Part shown: positions 22,762 to 36,255 of the stretch, piece after piece
How the letters are laid out: each line of letters begins with the position of its first letter
How positions within the stretch are numbered: the stretch's first letter is position 1
Program-made: the position numbers and the translations under genes
DNA from: Octopus sinensis
Lineage: Eukaryota
Reading direction: 5' to 3'
DNA length: 64,000 bases
Assembly (NCBI RefSeq): GCF_006345805.1
Contig: NC_043005.1
Coordinates: 71,796,001 to 71,860,000, forward strand
The notes under the pieces: generated by a model
Databases searched by the model: none
Told to the model about the DNA's origin: nothing
The model's input: the letters and a program-made list of their open reading frames with translations, nothing else

Positions 22762-22876
22762 GTATTTACCTATATATATATATATAAATATATATATATG
22801 CATGTATATATATATATATTTTTCGTCCAATCCATGCTAGCATGGAAAGCGGATGTCAAAGGATGATGATGATGAT
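22651..22876. repeat. Inverted pair of RTE 3' ends around a (TA)n spacer
   Basis: 22660-22700 versus reverse complement of 22825-22865: 33/41 identical. Confidence 0.8.
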
Positions 22877-23024
22877 ATATATTTGCCCATATATATTTAT
22901 ATCACACACACATATGTACATACACATATATACACACGCACACACACATATGTGTGTACACATTCACAGACAAGCACACAAGCACACACACACACATATA
23001 CATATGGCTGGATGGATGTATATA

Positions 23025-23190
23025 CAAAGGCTTTCTTTTAGTTTCCATCTACCAAATCCATTCACAAGACTTTGGTTAGCTCAAGGCTACATTGGAAGAC
23101 ACATATCCAAGCTTCCATAAACCATAAGGTGGGACTCTACTTGTAACCATGTGAGAGGGAAGCAAATATCCAAACCACACAGCCAAAACT
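23025..23190 (-). mobile_element. SINE family A, diverged 5' half
   Basis: ggctttcttttagtttccatctaccaaatccattcacaagactttgg..accacacagcca. Confidence 0.7.
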
Positions 23191-23551
23191 ACTAGCTTCA
23201 CAAAGCTGCAACTTCTGCATTCTTTGTCATACTTAATAACAGATATTTCACACACTTACTTTCCTGTCATAACATTTATTTTTCTAATAATTAGATACAT
23301 GTTTTCTTATAATTACATTTATTTTCTTATTAAAAAACCGATAGACTGAAAATGAATTGAAAATATGTTCTGTTTTATAATTTGTTATTAAGATTATAAA
23401 ATTAAAATAAGGTTTTAAAAAATTTGTATGGTTTGGTATATCTTTCATAAAATATATCATTCTGTTGTTATGAAGTTGACTAATATCTTTCTGAATAACT
23501 TGTTTCCTGACCAAATTGTTTTTCTACAAACATTTTGATTATGTTTTCTAT

Positions 23552-23617
<66 letters not shown>

Positions 23618-23619
23618 TA

Positions 23620-23655
<36 letters not shown>

Positions 23656-23679
23656 TGTATGTATGTATGTATGTATGTA

Positions 23680-23710
<31 letters not shown>

Positions 23711-23937
23711 TTGTGCGCATGCACGTATATATGTGTATGTCTGTTATCTTTCTCTTTTCAACTTAGAATAAATTCTGATCAGCCACCCACTTGGTAACAA
23801 TGTGGTGAAGGAAAGCATCTCCTTTTGTTTGTCATTCTCTAAATCTTAAGATCTTGAAGATTTTTTTAATAGTCCCATATATCATGATCAATTATTGGAT
23901 ACGAATTACAAATTTCTGCTCCCCCACCCCCATATAT

Positions 23938-23982
<45 letters not shown>

Positions 23983-24119
23983 TATATAAACATATATATA
24001 TATATGTATCATGCCAAACCAAGCAGTGGAGTATGATGCAGTCCTTGACTCACTAGATCCTTGTCAAATTGACTGTTCAAGCCAACATAGATCATAGATG
24101 AATGTTAAATGAAAGATGA

Positions 24120-24162
<43 letters not shown>

Positions 24163-24705
24163 AATTGAAATAATTTTCTTTAGCTCTTACTTATAAGTTG
24201 TTTATAATTTTAACCGTAAAGGTATTTTAATATGCTGCCACATTTTTTGATGGAATTTTTTTTCTGTAGAGAAAAAAAACTTCATCCTATATTAGTAGTA
24301 TATATATATACACACATATATATACATAATACATGCATATATACATACATATATATATATATATATATATGTATATTATATTTGTGAGTATACATATGTG
24401 CATATGTGTATATGTATGCATGTGTGTGCATGCGTCTGTGTGCATACCTATACACATCTATCAATAGATAGACACATAGAGTGTATATAAATGTACATGG
24501 AGTTAGTTATAAGAAAACTACAAAGGCACATTTGCTGAATTTATTTAATAAATTAATGTAAGACCTTCCTATAATCACACACGCATACACATTCATACAT
24601 AGTTGCAGACACAAGCACGTGAAGAAATCAAAGGAAAACCGCACACAACACATTTGGTTAGTTACATGTATTAAATGTAGAGCTGAGTCAAACTGTTATA
24701 TATGA

Positions 24706-24740
<35 letters not shown>

Positions 24741-25787
24741 GTATGTATATATATATGTATGTATGTATTTATATGTATGTATGTATATATATATGTATGT
24801 ATGTATGTATATATATATGTATATATATATATATGTATGTATATATATATATGTATGTATATATATGTATATATATGTATATATATGTATATATATATAT
24901 GTGTGTATATATATATGTATGTATATATTATATATATTCATACACACTCTCACACACATATATATATATGCATATATATATATACATATATGTACACATA
25001 TATAAACATACATATACATATATATATGTATATATATATGCATATATATATACATACATATATACACACACACACACACACACATGTATGTATGTGCATG
25101 TGTGTGTGATGTGTGAATGTATGTATATATGTTTATATTTATGCATGCATAATACTCCATGTTGATATCCACACACATATGCATGTATGATTGTATGTAT
25201 CACCAAGCTTCCTTTAAAATTATATGTATAAAAGAGAATTATTGCATTCTGAAACATGTTTTAAATTACCCAACATGCCACCTAATAGGTTTTAAATGAA
25301 TTGAATACAATTTTCTGTAATAAAAAAAGCAACAAAAAAAAACAAAACAAAACAAAACAAAAAAATAATGGATCCACAATCTGATTTACAACAACTTCAA
25401 AAGGATTTAGTTTATGGAAACATATATTTGTTGATTTCATTATTAATCCATAAGATATACTGACTTCAATTATGATATTATTTTCTGTTCAAAAGAAAAT
25501 TTAATTCATTTCACTACAAGATTTGTTGTGTTTGTTTCTTTTTAGTTCTTTACTAGTACATTTGAAATCCTAGTATTGAGCCATATGGGAAATACGGGGT
25601 GTTTATGTGGTGGGGAAGGCTTACGTGTATATGTGTGCCTGTTCATGTCTGCATATCTGTGTGTGCATGTGCATGGATAGATACATGTGTTAAGATAAGG
25701 GTGTTAAATTATCTGAGATTTCAAAATGTTACGTGTTAATCACTCACACACACACACAAATATCATATTTATGAATGCATATATAAA

Positions 25788-26174
25788 TCTATTATATAAA
25801 GCCAAAGTTGTCTGTGTGTGGCAGGTTTGGTAGCCTTCAACTAACACTATCTCCTCCGAGACCCTGTGGCGCAAGTTAACCAAAGTTAAGAGTATGATAG
25901 AAGAAGGCTTGCTCTTCCTTCTGTAGAAGAAAAAATTCAAATCAGACCATGTTAACACCAAAAATTATTTACATAAAAAAAGTGCTTTTTTTCTATGAAA
26001 ATCCCTATTCTTTACGATTTTTTGACTGCTGTATCACCATTTTTCGATGTATTTCAACCAGGAAAATGTTCACTTAAAGAGAATAACAAGCTACATAATA
26101 CAATTTTTACTTTTCAAAAATTCCAATTCTAAATGGTTGAAACAAACCCGAGCAACGCCGGGCGATACTGTTAG
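25788..26174 (+). mobile_element. Non-autonomous Helitron (387 bp)
   Basis: 5' A|TCTATTATATAAAGCC; 3' hairpin CCCG-agcaacgc-CGGG (26147-26162) then gatactgTTAG|T (CTAG with one change); inserted between A and T, no TSD. Confidence 0.85.
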
Positions 26175-26217
26175 TTTTATATATAAATGCATATATACAT
26201 TTCCTAATCATTATCAT

Positions 26218-26380
26218 AGGTGCAGGCATGGCTGTGTGGTAAGGAACTTGCTTACCAACCACGTGTTACCGGGTTCAGTCCCACTGTGTGGCACCTTGGA
26301 CAAGGGGCTTCTGCTATAGCCTCAGGCTGACTAAAGCCTTGTGAGTGGATTTGGTAGATGGAAACTGAAAGAAGCCCATC

Positions 26381-26418
<38 letters not shown>

Positions 26419-26545
26419 GGGGTAAGGGGTGTTTGTGTGTCTGTGCTTGACCCCCCCCCATTGCTTGACAACCGATGTTGGAGTGTTTAAACCTCCGTAC
26501 CTTAGTGGCTCGGAAAAGTCCTGGGATCGATTTGTTCGACTGAAA
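26218..26545 (+). mobile_element. SINE family A with a deletion in the 3' half
   Basis: aggtgcaggcatggctgtgtggtaagg..gggttcagtcccactg..gaaagaagcccatcg(TA)n. Confidence 0.85.
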
Positions 26546-26555
26546 GTGAGTAAAT

Positions 26556-26808
26556 TCGTTCGATGGAAACTGTATGGAAGTGTATTGTATATTTATGTGT
26601 GTATGTCTATGCATGTGTGTCTTTGTGTCTGTGTTTCTACCCCTGCCACTTCTTAGCATAACTTAGCAGCTTACCAAAAAAGACCTTTAGAGTAAGTACC
26701 AGTCTTTACAAAAATAAGAACTGAGGTCCATTTGGTTGCCTAAACTCTTCAGTGGAGTTCTCCAGCATGGCAACAGTCCAAATGACGGAAACAAGCAAAA
26801 GAAAAGAT
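26556..26808 (+). mobile_element. Older SINE family A 3' half
   Basis: gatggaaactgtatggaag..ctccagcatggcaacagtccaaatgacggaaacaagcaaaag. Confidence 0.7.
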
Positions 26809-27340
26809 TTTAAAGGGATTATTTAATATCATCATTTACTAGAGTAAATGATAATATTAAGAAAGATTTGTTTAAGCACTCAGACATAATAAGTGTGTAT
26901 TAGCTGTTATGTTTGAAGAAAAAATATGGGTGATAAACAGATATTATGCAATACTTAATATTTCTTTTATTTCTAATAGACTGTCAAGAAACACATCCTG
27001 ATGTAGTTAAATTATATATAAATAGCATTAATTTTTACTGCATTCATTTTTTTAAAGACCATAATCTAGTAAACATCACTTTGTTTTAAATAAACAATGT
27101 TTTATATGAAAGAAAATGCCTTTATGCCTTTATAATTGCTCTTTAAACTTTCATATAGCTTAAATAATATTTTCTTTGTCTGAATATTTCCTATATTATG
27201 ATAAGTGCTGACTTTGTTTTTAATTCTGTTTGAAATAATTCCCTTTATAAAATATAATTTAGCTAACTTAGTTTTATAAGCAAAATTTATTTCTTGTATA
27301 TATCTCATGATTCTTTATTATGCTTCCTATTTCTCCATGT

Positions 27341-27545
27341 GTAGGCACGTAGCTTAGTGGTTAAGTTGTTGGACTCGTGATTATAAGACTGTGGTCTTGA
27401 TTCCTGGACTGGTCAATGTGTTGTATTGCTGAGCAAAACACTTCATTTCACATTGCTCCAGTCCACTCAGCTGGCAAAAACGAGTAATCCTGTGACTGAC
27501 CAGCATCCACTCCAGTGAGGGAATATATATGCCCTAGAAACTGAG
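27341..27545 (+). mobile_element. SINE family D (tRNA head 1, core, first part of the D/F tail)
   Basis: gtagcttagtggttaag A-box; tgagcaaaacacttcatttcacattgctccagtccactcagctgg core; cctgtgactgaccagcatcc tail start. Confidence 0.75.
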
Positions 27546-27780
27546 TTGTGAGTGTTTATTGAGCGAAAACACCTAAAGCTTCATGAGGCTCCAGCAGGGG
27601 GTGGTCGCAATCCCTGCTGTACTCTTTTGCTACAACTTTCTCTCACTCTTTCTTCTGTTGGCTTGCTCACTTAGCCAGTGGGGTGGCATCATTTGAAGGG
27701 TAAAAAAACAATGTGAAGCGCATTGTGACCAGCGATGTGTAGCAACATCTGATAGCCTGGTCGGTCACGGTGATATATAT
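27546..27780 (+). mobile_element. SINE family E, headless body and tail fused to the D copy
   Basis: Reverse-complement match to 41441-41670. Confidence 0.8.
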
Positions 27781-27859
27781 ATATGTACATATGTATATAT
27801 ATATATATATCCATATGTGAGATGGCTTAACTGGAATTGCTAAGCTAGAAATCTGCACC

Positions 27860-28010
27860 AAGTTCCAGTCTAAATCTGGCTTGGTTTCTGTGGCTGGATG
27901 CCCTTCCTAACACCAACCACTCCAAGAATGTAGTAGATGCCTTTTACATGTCACTGACATGGATGCTTTGATGTGTCACTGGCACAGAAGCTATTTACAT
28001 GCCACACCAA
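27860..28010 (-). mobile_element. RTE LINE 3'-UTR fragment
   Basis: gctggatgcccttcctaacaccaaccactccaagaatgtagtag followed by the internal ~30-bp repeats. Confidence 0.7.
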
Positions 28011-29509
28011 TGTATAACTCACAGCTGTTTACTTTTTGTGCATAAGTGGGGTTTCTTTTATTTTTGTTACACCTTATTACATATTTGTCCTAATCAGAGG
28101 ATGAATTATAAAATTGGTAAACTAGTTAGGATTTGAAATCAAGAATAGCAGGCTGGGAATACAACACTCTCAAAGTATGTAGACATTTTTTTCTGCTATA
28201 TATAACATATTTTTAACATTCTCTACAGGATTTATGTTATATTCAAGACAAACATAGAAAAAAATTCAGTTCAAGTTATGTAGACAAAGCAAATGTTTTG
28301 CCTCATTATAACACACTTGGCTCGATATATTTTGTACAATACACACACATGCACAGATATATATATATATATAGACGTATTATGTATTGATAGGTTTTCT
28401 TTTGTATGTTGATTCAACAAACTTCATGTTCCACCACCACCACCACTACTACTACTACTACTACTTCGCACACATATGCACACCTGCACATATAGACCCA
28501 CTCATGCATACCTTCATACGTAGCAAACATATACGCTTTTTCTAAAAAAGAAATCTGTGTGGTGTCCTAATTCTAAATAGAATATGCAAATATGCACACC
28601 TTGCCACAGTAAGTTATCTCTTTGGCAGTTCCTCACATTAACTCTTTTTCTTTTTCCTCCTCTAATCTTCTCTCTGTCTCTCACTTTCTCTTCCTCTCTT
28701 TCTCTACGTCTGTCTCTCTCTTTCTCGCTCTCCAAACATTAAAATCATTCATGGTTTTCCCATTACCATCTGTGCCAATTAGACATTATAGAATTTAAAC
28801 CGCATACTCAGACAAAATAACAATAACGATGATAATAGGGATAAAGATAATAATAATAATGATAAAGTCGATGTTGAGGATTATGGTGATGATGATGAGG
28901 AAGAGAAAAAGAAAGAGAGGTATGATCAGATGAGGGGAAGGTATAAAAAAAATAGCCCACACACAAGGTACCACACACATGTATATCCTCACACAATTAT
29001 ATGCTCACTCCCTGCTGATGAGCCGGCCCCCACGAGAGCAGCCCAGTTTACCAACAGGTGAGACCAGTTCTTAGGAAGGAGTAGAGGAGTGGAACCACAT
29101 GCAGGTCTTGCACCTTGAGGGGTTGTTAAAAACAGCAGCAACAAGATAACAATAATATTTATGATGACGATGCCAAGATGGAAAGCAACAGTTCTAGTTG
29201 TTCTAATTTCCATCTGCGAGGCAAACAATGAAGAATACAATGAATGTGCTTCAGAAAATAATTAGAAAAGAACGTTCAGGTAATACAAGTCCAATAAAAA
29301 GCACCAAATTTAGGCTTGGCAGGGTTGTAAGTTGCATAGAAGCCTGGAAGCCCTGGCCACCTACATCCATTTTAAGGAATTACACCTGGTCTTACAAAAT
29401 TTGGAAGCATATTTTCCTTTTCACTGTTTTCATGTTTTATAGGTTGTGAGGCCTTGAAGTGAGTGAAACCTATTTGTAAGTCACATACAATAAGGTAGAT
29501 ACTATGAGC

Positions 29510-29735
29510 CAACGAAGGAACACTGATAGAGTTACTCAAACTGTTAGAAACAGCAGCAAAACCAAAATCACCTCCACAATGTTTTTTATTGTCTTAGAAA
29601 GGCCACATTAGATAACAAAGTGTTTGACATACTATAAATGAAGGAACAAAAATAAACGATTGATTCATCAGAAATGGAATGTCTTTGATAATAAAGACTA
29701 CCAAATCTGAGCTCACTCAGGGCTAAACAGCTACC
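29510..29735 (-). mobile_element. Old interspersed repeat; related fragments near 1-180, 34690-34830, 38790-38945 and 50700-50850
   Basis: Shared motif (reverse) ttagccctg(a/g)gt..tatgatcaaa(a/g)gcattcca..gatttggctg(c/t)tatttct. Class not determined. Confidence 0.5.
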
Positions 29736-30386
29736 ACATCTACTGACAATGCTTTGGTCCACTCTAGCTTATTATAAAAGGCATCTACTCAAAGTACCAT
29801 ACACTAAGGTCTATACTCAAAACCACATGGTTGGATATTCCAAAGCTGAAAATGTTTAAATATCTTTAGTATTAATGAAAATCCATTGTTAGTATATTTG
29901 ATTAAAAATTTAATCAGTGAGAGAATTGTTAACAGTAATTAGGATGTAACAAAATTTATTTAAATCCTATAAAATCTTTACAAAGAAATCACAAATTTAG
30001 TTGAGTTCTTTATGGCTCCTATAACAAGAATTAAGGTTCAACACATTTACAGGTAGCAATCAATTGAATTAGCTCTGAGTAAGTTACATGTGTTTGCTCA
30101 AAGACAAAGCATTGCTTCTCCATCTTCGTCTTCTTCGTTTTAGCAGAAAACACTTAGGATCATTTCTGTTACCATCTTACAATAACTTAATTGTACCAGT
30201 GAATATATTGACAATTTCTCTCTCATTTGAACCTAATTTGATATATGATGTACAGTTTTGACAGAATTTCAGCTAATCTGAACACATCTATTTTATTAGG
30301 AATAGCTACATACAAATATATTCTCCTCTTTCTCTTTTTCTCCCCCCCTCTCTCTCTCAGTATACATACATACACACATACATACC

Positions 30387-30432
<46 letters not shown>

Positions 30433-30537
30433 TGTATATATGTATATACATATATACATATATGTATATATATATATAGATATGTATATATGTATATATA
30501 CATACATATATATAAATATATATATGCATATATATAT

Positions 30538-30569
<32 letters not shown>

Positions 30570-31082
30570 GTATATATGTACATATATACATGCATATATA
30601 TATATATATATATATATGAAGTGTGTTTAACAAATGTTACTTCCTAATTGAATATATTGATTAATATCTGTCTCAATACATGTGTGTATTTATATGTGTA
30701 TCTATGTGTATTCAGTGTACAGTGTATGTGTTTGCGTGTGTAATATACTCACACACATACTCACATGTATGTATGTATATGTCCGTGTGTGCACAGTTCT
30801 GCTTTACATTCATTTTTCTATATTCACATTAAATGAGATGTTATGATTAAAGAAATTGCTTGTTTTGTTTTACACTAACCAGTGAACTGTGAAGTAGGAG
30901 TGGTTAGTGATAGAAGTTTACTGATCAGGCAAACTGAAGAGCAAAGAGAATAATCTACCTTCCTCGGGGACCCAGCACGATGGCTGTATTACAATATTTT
31001 TAATCTCCACCACCTTAACATAACATTTGTTTTGGAGTTTAAGGAGGATACCAGAAATTTTCACAAGGAAATCATCATTATC

Positions 31083-31577
31083 ATGATCATTCATCGCCAC
31101 CACGCACCACCACTATCACCACTACTACTAACACCACTACTATCACCACCACTATCACCACCACCACTATCACCACCATCACCACCACCACCACTATCAC
31201 CACCACCACTATCACCACCACCACTAACACCACCACCACCACAAACAACACCACCACCACTAACACCACCACCACCACCACTATCACCACCACCACCACT
31301 ATCACCACCACCACAAACAACACCACCACCACTAACACCACCACCACCACCACCACTAACACCACCACCACTATCACCACCACCACAAACACCACTACCA
31401 CTAACACTAACACCACCACTATCACCACCACCACTAACACCCCCACCACTAGCACTAGCACCACCACCACCACCCCTACCACTACCACCATCACCACCAC
31501 TAACACTACCACCACCACTACCATCACCACCACCACCACTACCACCACCACTAATACTGCCACCACCACTACAACAA
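31083..31577. repeat. Long imperfect (CCA)n/(CTA)n trinucleotide tract, ~500 bp
   Basis: Direct reading; produces the poly-Pro, poly-Val and poly-Gly pseudo-ORFs. Confidence 0.95.
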
Positions 31578-32015
31578 CCACCATCATCATCATCATTTAA
31601 TGTTTGTTTTCTATACTGGCATAGTTTGGACAGTTTGATTGGTGGTGGACAGCTGAAGAGCTGCCTGGGCACCATGTCTGTATTGACTTAGTTTTCTACA
31701 GCTGAATGCCCTTCCAAATTCCAACCACTTTACCGAGTGTACTTGATGCTTTAAAACAGCACTGGCATGGGTGCTCTTATATGGCACTGGCACAATTGCT
31801 TTTTACTTGGCATCAGCATCCATAAGCCACCAAGATTAGGACCACTCAGCAGCTGAAGAGGGATGAAGGGGATATGCCTGCATGCAAAGACATCTATGAT
31901 TTGACATGTTTTCTCAAGCACAGCAAACTGCCAAGAGTTTCAGTCCTTTGTCATCTCTGAGGCCCAATGTCTGAAGATCCTTTCTCACCACTTTGTCCCA
32001 TGTTATCCCGGGTTT
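31575..32015 (-). mobile_element. RTE-clade LINE 3' fragment: ORF C-terminus, 3' UTR and (GAT)n tail
   Basis: Minus strand from 32015: KPGITWDKVVRKDLQTLGL / (frameshift) EMTKD*NSWQFAVLEKTCQ, matching the RTE end motif RP.KTW..VV.KDL..LGL..EM..DR..WR.AV. It continues into the ggaagggcat..(gat)n UTR, which identifies the other such fragments as LINE 3' ends. Confidence 0.8.
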
Positions 32016-32087
32016 AATGTTTTGCAATCAAAGTACTGCAAATATTGAGGGCAGTTGCACAAGTAATCAGTCTTTTGTGCAGCAAGT

Positions 32088-32250
32088 ATCATCATTATCA
32101 TGTTAATGTCTACTTCACCATGCTTGTATGGGTTCGATGGGATATATCAAGACAACATTTCTACAGATGGATGCCTTTCCTATCCCCAACCTTCAGCTGT
32201 TTCCAAACACGGTTATATTCCCCTTGGTTTGACATGTCTGCATAAAAGAT
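32088..32250 (-). mobile_element. RTE-type 3' end, second subfamily
   Basis: catcattatcatgttaatgtctacttcaccatgcttgtatggg..tttctacagatggatgcctttcct. Confidence 0.6.
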
Positions 32251-32663
32251 TGGAGACAAATGGCAATACTTGTGACAGTGATATCAAGAAAACAAGCTTT
32301 TACATGGTGAGATGACCAAGAAGAAATAAGAGTCAAATTCTCCTCAAAGTACATGCAAACATCTAGAAAATAATAAGACACATTGATATAGGTCATAATA
32401 TAATTATGTCCAACTAAATAAGGAATATATGGTGAAATGTATGCTTTTCTGCATTTATAATCTAAATATGTTACTTTAAAAGATCATTTTAGCCAATAAT
32501 GTATGTACATGAAAATCGATTCCATCTTGATTAAATGCAGTGGAATAATAATGCATTGACATTTAACAATATTTTATTAATTAGGCCCTCAATTACTGTG
32601 GATATATTTTTTATGTTTATACATTCTCTCTTTATAGATGTACATACATATATGTATGTATGT

Positions 32664-32695
<32 letters not shown>

Positions 32696-32910
32696 TTGTA
32701 TGTGTGTGTATGTATGTATGTATCTGCCCATCCTTGAATGCATGCATGTTCTCTTTCAATTTTAATTATTTGAAGTCTTCCTGTAAAGAAGGAGCTGATT
32801 TCTAACAAAGAAACAAAGTTCAATCATTGGAATGTAGTTTAAAAAGGGAAAAAAATAAAGTCATATTTTGAACTTGAAAAAATTCTTGCATATTCTACCA
32901 TTACAGATAG

Positions 32911-33052
32911 TCTTTCCTCCTGCATCTAGCAGCTCACCTGCGACAGACTGGCGTCCTGTCCAGGTGGGGAACCTATACGCCAAGGAAACTGGGAAACTGG
33001 CCCTTATGAGCCAGGTATGACTCGAGAAGGAACAAACAACAAACAAACAACA
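32911..33052 (+). mobile_element. SINE family F, 3' part with (AAAC)n tail
   Basis: gctcacctgcgacagactggcgtcctgtccaggtgggg..ggcccttatgagccaggtatgactcgagaagg(aaca)n. Confidence 0.8.
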
Positions 33053-33434
33053 TAGCAATTGTACACAAATACAGTTGCTTGTGCTTCTTTAACTTCATCC
33101 TCCATCCTTCAAATTTAACATAACTTAACTATGTCTGTTCCCTACCTTTACCACTATGCATATATATCTCCTACTATAAAACCTTAACTTTCAAAATCTT
33201 TGGTGTCACTGGTTTTGGGTTTTGTTATTTATCACACATGTTTACTTGACTGATTAGCTGAATATCTGTTCTGTGTATCAAGATCTACTGAGGATAGGAA
33301 ATCAGTATCTTTTCCTTGTGTAGCCTTCTTTTGATTTTTGAAATGTTCATATTTTCCCCAAGTTAATTGGATTCATTGCCTGGTTCTGCTCATCATCTTA
33401 CACACTGCTCCATCAACAGAATTATGGTATTAGT

Positions 33435-33476
<42 letters not shown>

Positions 33477-33837
33477 CAAAATATAGGAAAGCAACAGATA
33501 TATAACAATACAGTTTATTTCAGCAGTTGTATAAAATTCTTTCAAATAAGATGCATGTGTATTGTATGTATACATATATGCATATGTGCATGTGTGTGTG
33601 CATGTGTGTGTGTGAATGTGTATGTGTGTAGATAGATAAATATATAGAGAGCTAGAGAGATAGAGTGATGTATAACACAGCGAGATATATCTATACGAAT
33701 ATATACATATATATACAGATGTGTGAGTATGCACACACATATACATGTGTGTATGTATGTGTTTATGTGTTTTTGAGTATATATATACATCTGTGTGTAT
33801 ATGTATACATATATGTATATACATATGCACACACATG

Positions 33838-33913
<76 letters not shown>

Positions 33914-33926
33914 TTACATATATATG

Positions 33927-33957
<31 letters not shown>

Positions 33958-33996
33958 TATATGTATGTATGCATACATATATGTATGTATGCATAC

Positions 33997-34170
33997 ATAT
34001 ATATATGTATGTATGCATGCATATATATATGTATGTATGCATGCATATATATATGTATGTATGCATGCATATATATATGTATGTATGCATGCATATATAT
34101 ATGTATGTATGCATGCATATATATATGTATGTATGCATGCATATATATATATATATGTATGTATGCATGC
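33997..34170. repeat. 24-bp minisatellite atatatatatgtatgtatgcatgc, ~7 copies
   Basis: Units at 34021, 34045, 34069, 34093 and 34117. Confidence 0.9.
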
Positions 34171-35112
34171 ATATATAGTTGGAGTCAGAGAAACAACACA
34201 GAGATAATGTATGTGCCGCTGTATATGAATGTATATAATGAAAACTGACATAAACCAGAAAGGGTGAAAGATATTGTTATATAATAATGAAAGAAACGTT
34301 ATTTCTTTAATTAGTTTTATTTTGTCTTTATATGCATTTGAAGTGGAGAATATTAAATTTTCCAAAAGAATTACTCAATCTAGAAAATTCTTCTTTGCTG
34401 CCGATTCCCCATTATTCTGCAAGTTTTTCATTGAGAATATTTCGACTGACTCAGCTATGTTATTGAAGATTTCAATTTTCGCAAATCTAATATCATATTA
34501 GGATTTTTATTTTCAATTTTATATAAATTTTTCGGTATGTTTTTGTACATTTTTTGGATCGGTATAATGTGTTCTGTAAATTTTTGTCATTTGCATATTG
34601 TTTGAAAAATTCCATAGCAGAATGTTTGCCCTGCAACTTGCATCTCAACCATGAAATAGGAGATGCTGTTAATGTTCTTGTCTTTTTTTAGCCTCAGGTC
34701 AAGCCTATTGAACCAGACTTATGATCAAAAGCTATGATCATCTCATCTCATTTTTACATTTTTTTGCTATTTTATCAAGCACAGTGTATCTAGGACTACA
34801 TTATTTAATGCGTCCTTCATTACAATATGGAATCAATATGACTGAATGGTTAAGCAGTTTATTATTGGTAGTCATGAGGTTCTGGGTTTGATCCTACCGT
34901 GTGGTATTTTGAGCAAGTGTCTTGATCATAAGGTGAGGCACCTTGAGCAAGTTTTGGTTACTCCAGTCATGAGTCAACCCAAATCCTTGACAGAAACTAT
35001 CAGGAATCCTTTGAATGGATTGTCAGATAGTGTCACACTGATTGTATCATACAAGTGGTTTAGTTTGTTTCCAATCTTCCATGAAGACATGTCTGGTGAT
35101 TTGGAAATACTG

Positions 35113-35506
35113 TTTACTCTTTTACTTGTTTCAGTCATTTGACTGCAGCCATGCTGGAGCACCGCCTTTAGACGATCAAATCTACCCCAGGACTTATTCT
35201 TTGTAAGCCTAGTACTTATTCTATTGGTCCCTTTTGCCGAACCACTAAGTTACGGGGACATGAACACACCAGCATCGGTTGTTAAGCGATTTGGGGGGGA
35301 CAAACACAGACACACAAACACATATATATATATACATATACACGACAGGCTTCTTTCAGTTTCCGTCTACCAAATCCACTCACAAAGCTTTGGTCGGCCC
35401 ATGGCTATAGTAGAAGACACTTGCCCAAAGTGCCACGCAGTGGGACTGAACCCGGAACCATGTGGTTGGTAAGCAAGCTACTTACCACACAGCCACCCCT
35501 GCGCCT
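35113..35506 (-). mobile_element. SINE family A, full length, young
   Basis: Near-consensus reverse complement. Confidence 0.95.
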
Positions 35507-36255
35507 AAATAATAGCTTTCTTGAAAACATGTAAAGGTTAGCAACAGGCTGTAGAAATCTATCTCAGCAAATACCATCTAATCCATGCATGGAAAGCAAT
35601 GACTCAGAAGTAGGTAGACGTAGCCAGTGTAAAATACTGGGTTTTATGTCAGAAAATGAACTGCCAATCCCTTAGCTTGTTATCCAATATTCTTTTGAAT
35701 TCAGCCACAAACAGCTTCTCATCTTATATTCATATTTATGGCAAATAACACATCACATACTCAGTCATCAAAGAAAATAGATGTAAACAAAATCAAAGCC
35801 CTAATGAATACTAAATACTCTATTAAGTTATCTAATGTCACACACATCAGAATGGCTCTAAACTTAATTAAGATTAAGATCTCACCTTTAGCTTTGCTTT
35901 TCTGATTAAAGAGGACCCACCTCTGTTTCTAGTTTGCCATCATTACGAAGATCTCTATACCTTATCTCCAGGCTAGCATAGCATCAACATTACCTTTCTC
36001 ATTATTCTTCAATATATTCAGTCTTCAGTTATTACTCAATTATACCTAACTATCAAACGTTAAATCTAACTACATTACACTGCTTTACTTAAAGTATTTA
36101 TTACCTATTCTCCTTATATCAATTCTGTCAATCATATACAACCTTAGCCAGCTCTTGACTATGTTGGTGTTGATATTTAACCTCAGATCAGACCTAATTT
36201 ACCAGAAATATATTCGAAAATGTTCAATCCATGGCCTTCCCTATTTTTTTTTTTA

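Noticed and set aside
29015-29115. CTGATGAG..GAGACC..GGTC as a hammerhead
   Set aside because: Helix I cannot form (ctccctg versus ttgcacc) and helix II is poor.
30053-30078. 26-nt AG..GTAAGT segment
   Set aside because: Stops in all three frames; could only be a UTR exon and there is no other support.
31032-31691. 219-aa proline-rich ORF and its poly-Val and poly-Gly antisense ORFs (extensin- or formin-like appearance)
   Set aside because: Pure (CCA)n repeat, open on both strands, and the C-terminal part runs into an antisense RTE UTR.
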